NCBI GenBank assembly: GCA_944358235.1 | Contig: CALVQL010000003.1 | Span: forward strand, 1 to 37,505 | Direction: 5' to 3' | Length of the DNA stretch: 37,505 nucleotides | Source of the DNA: an uncultured Bacilli bacterium | GTDB taxonomy: Bacteria; Bacillota_I; Bacilli_A; RF39; UBA660 | Part shown: positions 35,658 to 37,505 of the stretch, piece after piece | How the letters are laid out: every line of letters starts with the position of its first letter | Position numbering within the stretch: the stretch's first letter is position 1 | Position numbers and translations under genes: made by a program | Notes under the pieces: generated by a model | What the model was told of the DNA's origin: nothing | Database searches by the model: none | The model's input: the letters and a program-made list of their open reading frames with translations, nothing else

Positions 35658-36740
35658 ATGGAAGCAGTATATATCCACATTCCTTTTTGCAACAAAATTT
35701 GTTCTTATTGTGATTTTCCCAAGGTCTTACACATCGATTCATTTGTCGACGAGTATTTAAGTGCTCTCCAACGCGAAATAGAATGGTGTTATGACGGAGA
35801 ACGCATCACTTCAATATATGTCGGTGGCGGGTCTCCTTCGTCTCTTACCAAAAAAGAACGTATCAAATTATTTCGTATTCTCGAGATATTCAATCGAACA
35901 CCTGACTGTGAGTATACTTTCGAAATAAATCCTCAGGATATCGACGAATCCTTATTAGATGACATCGTTGCCGGTGGAGTAAATCGTGTCAGTATTGGTA
36001 TCGAATCATTCGATCCTGATAATCTATCCATTCTCGAACGGGAAGCGGATTTTAAAGATATCGAAGCCAAGCTAAAACTCTTACGCAATCGCGGAATTAT
36101 CAATATTAATTTAGACTTAATGTATGCCATTCCTGGCGAAAAAATATCGACACTTAAGAAGGACATATCTAAGTTATTGAAGCTCGAACCAACTCATATT
36201 TCGACTTATTCTTTGATAATCGAAGACCATACAAAACTAAAGATAAACGACACACAATATATCAGTGAAGACATCGATCGCCGAATGTATGATACGATTT
36301 GTGATAAGTTAGAACGTAATGGTTTCGAACACTATGAAGTTAGTAATTTTGCCAAACCAGGATATCGCTCTCGTCATAATCTAAACTACTGGAATAATGG
36401 CGAATACTACGGTTTTGGACTTGGAGCAGCAGGATATAAGGATGCTTTTCGCTATGAAAACACTAAAAACCTCCATGAGTATATCGCTCATAATTTCCGA
36501 TTAACAGAAAATCTTTTGACATATAAAGATCAGATGGATAACGAATTGATGTTAGGACTGAGAAAACTTGAGGGAATCGACGTCAAAGAATTTCTTATTA
36601 AATATGGTCAGAAAATAGAGGATGTCTATCCAATCAAAGAACTAATAGAAAAGAAAGACTTAATATATAAAGACAATCATTTATACATAAATCCCAATAA
36701 AATTTATGTCATGAATGAAATTTTGTTAAAACTATTGTGA
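35658..36740 (+). CDS. hemW: Radical SAM heme chaperone HemW (HemN-like)
   Basis: YIHIPFCNKICSYCDF (CxxxCxxC), GGGSP, YEVSNF, HNLNYW. Follows lepA. Confidence 0.93.
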   Translation: MEAVYIHIPFCNKICSYCDFPKVLHIDSFVDEYLSALQREIEWCYDGERITSIYVGGGSPSSLTKKERIKLFRILEIFNRTPDCEYTFEINPQDIDESLLDDIVAGGVNRVSIGIESFDPDNLSILEREADFKDIEAKLKLLRNRGIININLDLMYAIPGEKISTLKKDISKLLKLEPTHISTYSLIIEDHTKLKINDTQYISEDIDRRMYDTICDKLERNGFEHYEVSNFAKPGYRSRHNLNYWNNGEYYGFGLGAAGYKDAFRYENTKNLHEYIAHNFRLTENLLTYKDQMDNELMLGLRKLEGIDVKEFLIKYGQKIEDVYPIKELIEKKDLIYKDNHLYINPNKIYVMNEILLKLL

Positions 36741-36842
36741 ACTACTTTACTTAATGTTGATGACAATTCGACATCTGATTTTCTATATCTTTACACAAAC
36801 AAATATATATAATTACGTTGGGCATTTGCTGCTAATTTAACC

Positions 36843-36871
36843 TTGATAAAATACACATACTTTGCTATAAT
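36843..36871 (+). promoter_or_regulatory. Sigma-A promoter
   Basis: TTGATA-N17-TATAAT with extended TG. Confidence 0.75.
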
Positions 36872-36897
36872 TTTTCTTAAGATAGAAGGGATAAAAA

Positions 36898-37505
36898 ATG
36901 AAATTAAAAATAAGGAAATCCTTATTTGTTATTCTTGGGGCTTTGGTATTTGGTACTATGCCAAGCGTTGCTAATGCTGCTGATTTTGATTTTGGATCAG
37001 CAACAAAAAGCGATAACGTCGTAAGAATTCCCGTAATAATGGAAGTTGGATCTGGGGAAAATATCAAACAAGCTAAAATCGGTTGTGAGACAAATCATAC
37101 TGATGTTAGTTGTGAAGTCGAATCGGCGAATCCGTCGGAGACAGCTGTATTAGAGGATTCAACAGGATTAACTTTTCAATTTGCCGGGACATCAAGCGAA
37201 TATTTTCCTACCGGGAATATTACTCTTGCAACCTTAGTGGTTACTAATTCTTCGACAGCACGAATTACTAGTTTAACGGTAAGTCTTCACAATTCTTCAA
37301 TCGAAGGAGTAAGTAAGAGTGCTTCGATTAATACCGATATTGGAGCAAGAGTACCAGAAAGAGAACCATCAAGTGATGCAACTTTAAGTGGAATAACCGT
37401 TTCACAAGGAACGATGAGTCCATCTTTTTCATCAAATACATTTGAATATACCGTATATAATATTGCTGATACTATCAATAGTGTACGTATAACTCCTGTC
37501 TGTAA
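36898..37505 (+). CDS. Secreted/surface protein with cadherin-like beta-sandwich domain; 3'-truncated and absent from the ORF track
   Basis: Translated by hand, open to the window end: MKLKIRKSLFVILGALVFGTMPSVANA|ADFDFG... (Sec signal, AxA site), a beta-rich possibly cohesin-like domain, then SSDATLSGITVSQGTMSPSFSSNTFEYTV. Confidence 0.85.
   Translation, partial: MKLKIRKSLFVILGALVFGTMPSVANAADFDFGSATKSDNVVRIPVIMEVGSGENIKQAKIGCETNHTDVSCEVESANPSETAVLEDSTGLTFQFAGTSSEYFPTGNITLATLVVTNSSTARITSLTVSLHNSSIEGVSKSASINTDIGARVPEREPSSDATLSGITVSQGTMSPSFSSNTFEYTVYNIADTINSVRITPVC

Noticed and set aside
153-37478. Numerous 60-136 aa ORFs on the minus strand or in alternative frames (e.g. 153-335, 2552-2824, 11051-11362, 23124-23534, 29241-29558, 36837-37067, 37287-37478)
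   Set aside because: They lie within or opposite well-supported genes and lack an RBS or motifs, so they are shadow ORFs. The last two are antisense to the real gene starting at 36898.
1-37505. Mycoplasma-type genetic code 4
   Set aside because: mreC, spoIVFB, dnaG, the flavoproteins and hemW end at TGA at their expected lengths, and Trp is encoded by TGG.

Overview
A gene-dense, AT-rich chromosomal segment that uses genetic code 11 (TGA is a stop). It is best matched to a genome-streamlined, probably spore-forming member of the Bacilli; an uncultured RF39-like lineage is my inference. The backbone follows Bacillus gene order in compressed form: lon-spoVID-ysxE; ylbJ/ylbL; mutS; spoIIB-like-radC-mreC-mreD-spoIVFA-spoIVFB-[L21 leader]-rplU-prp-rpmA; ylbD-ylbE; nfo; ftsW; frr; spoIIM-like; mnmA; dnaG-sigA-trmK; lepA-hemW. 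The usual neighbours mreB, minCD, maf, mutL and hrcA are missing from their positions. The main points of interest are: (1) five type IV prepilin-like genes in two loci, one of which is a 594-aa pilin with an inserted Cys-rich domain, a Thr-rich stalk, two cadherin-like domains and a second, C-terminal membrane anchor; (2) an isolated RnfC-RnfD pair that keeps both 4Fe-4S motifs but appears to have lost its flavin/NADH motifs; (3) a miniaturised sporulation gene set; (4) strong TCGA over-representation. I saw no rRNA, tRNA, CRISPR array or mobile element. All family assignments come from motif recognition by eye; no searches were run.
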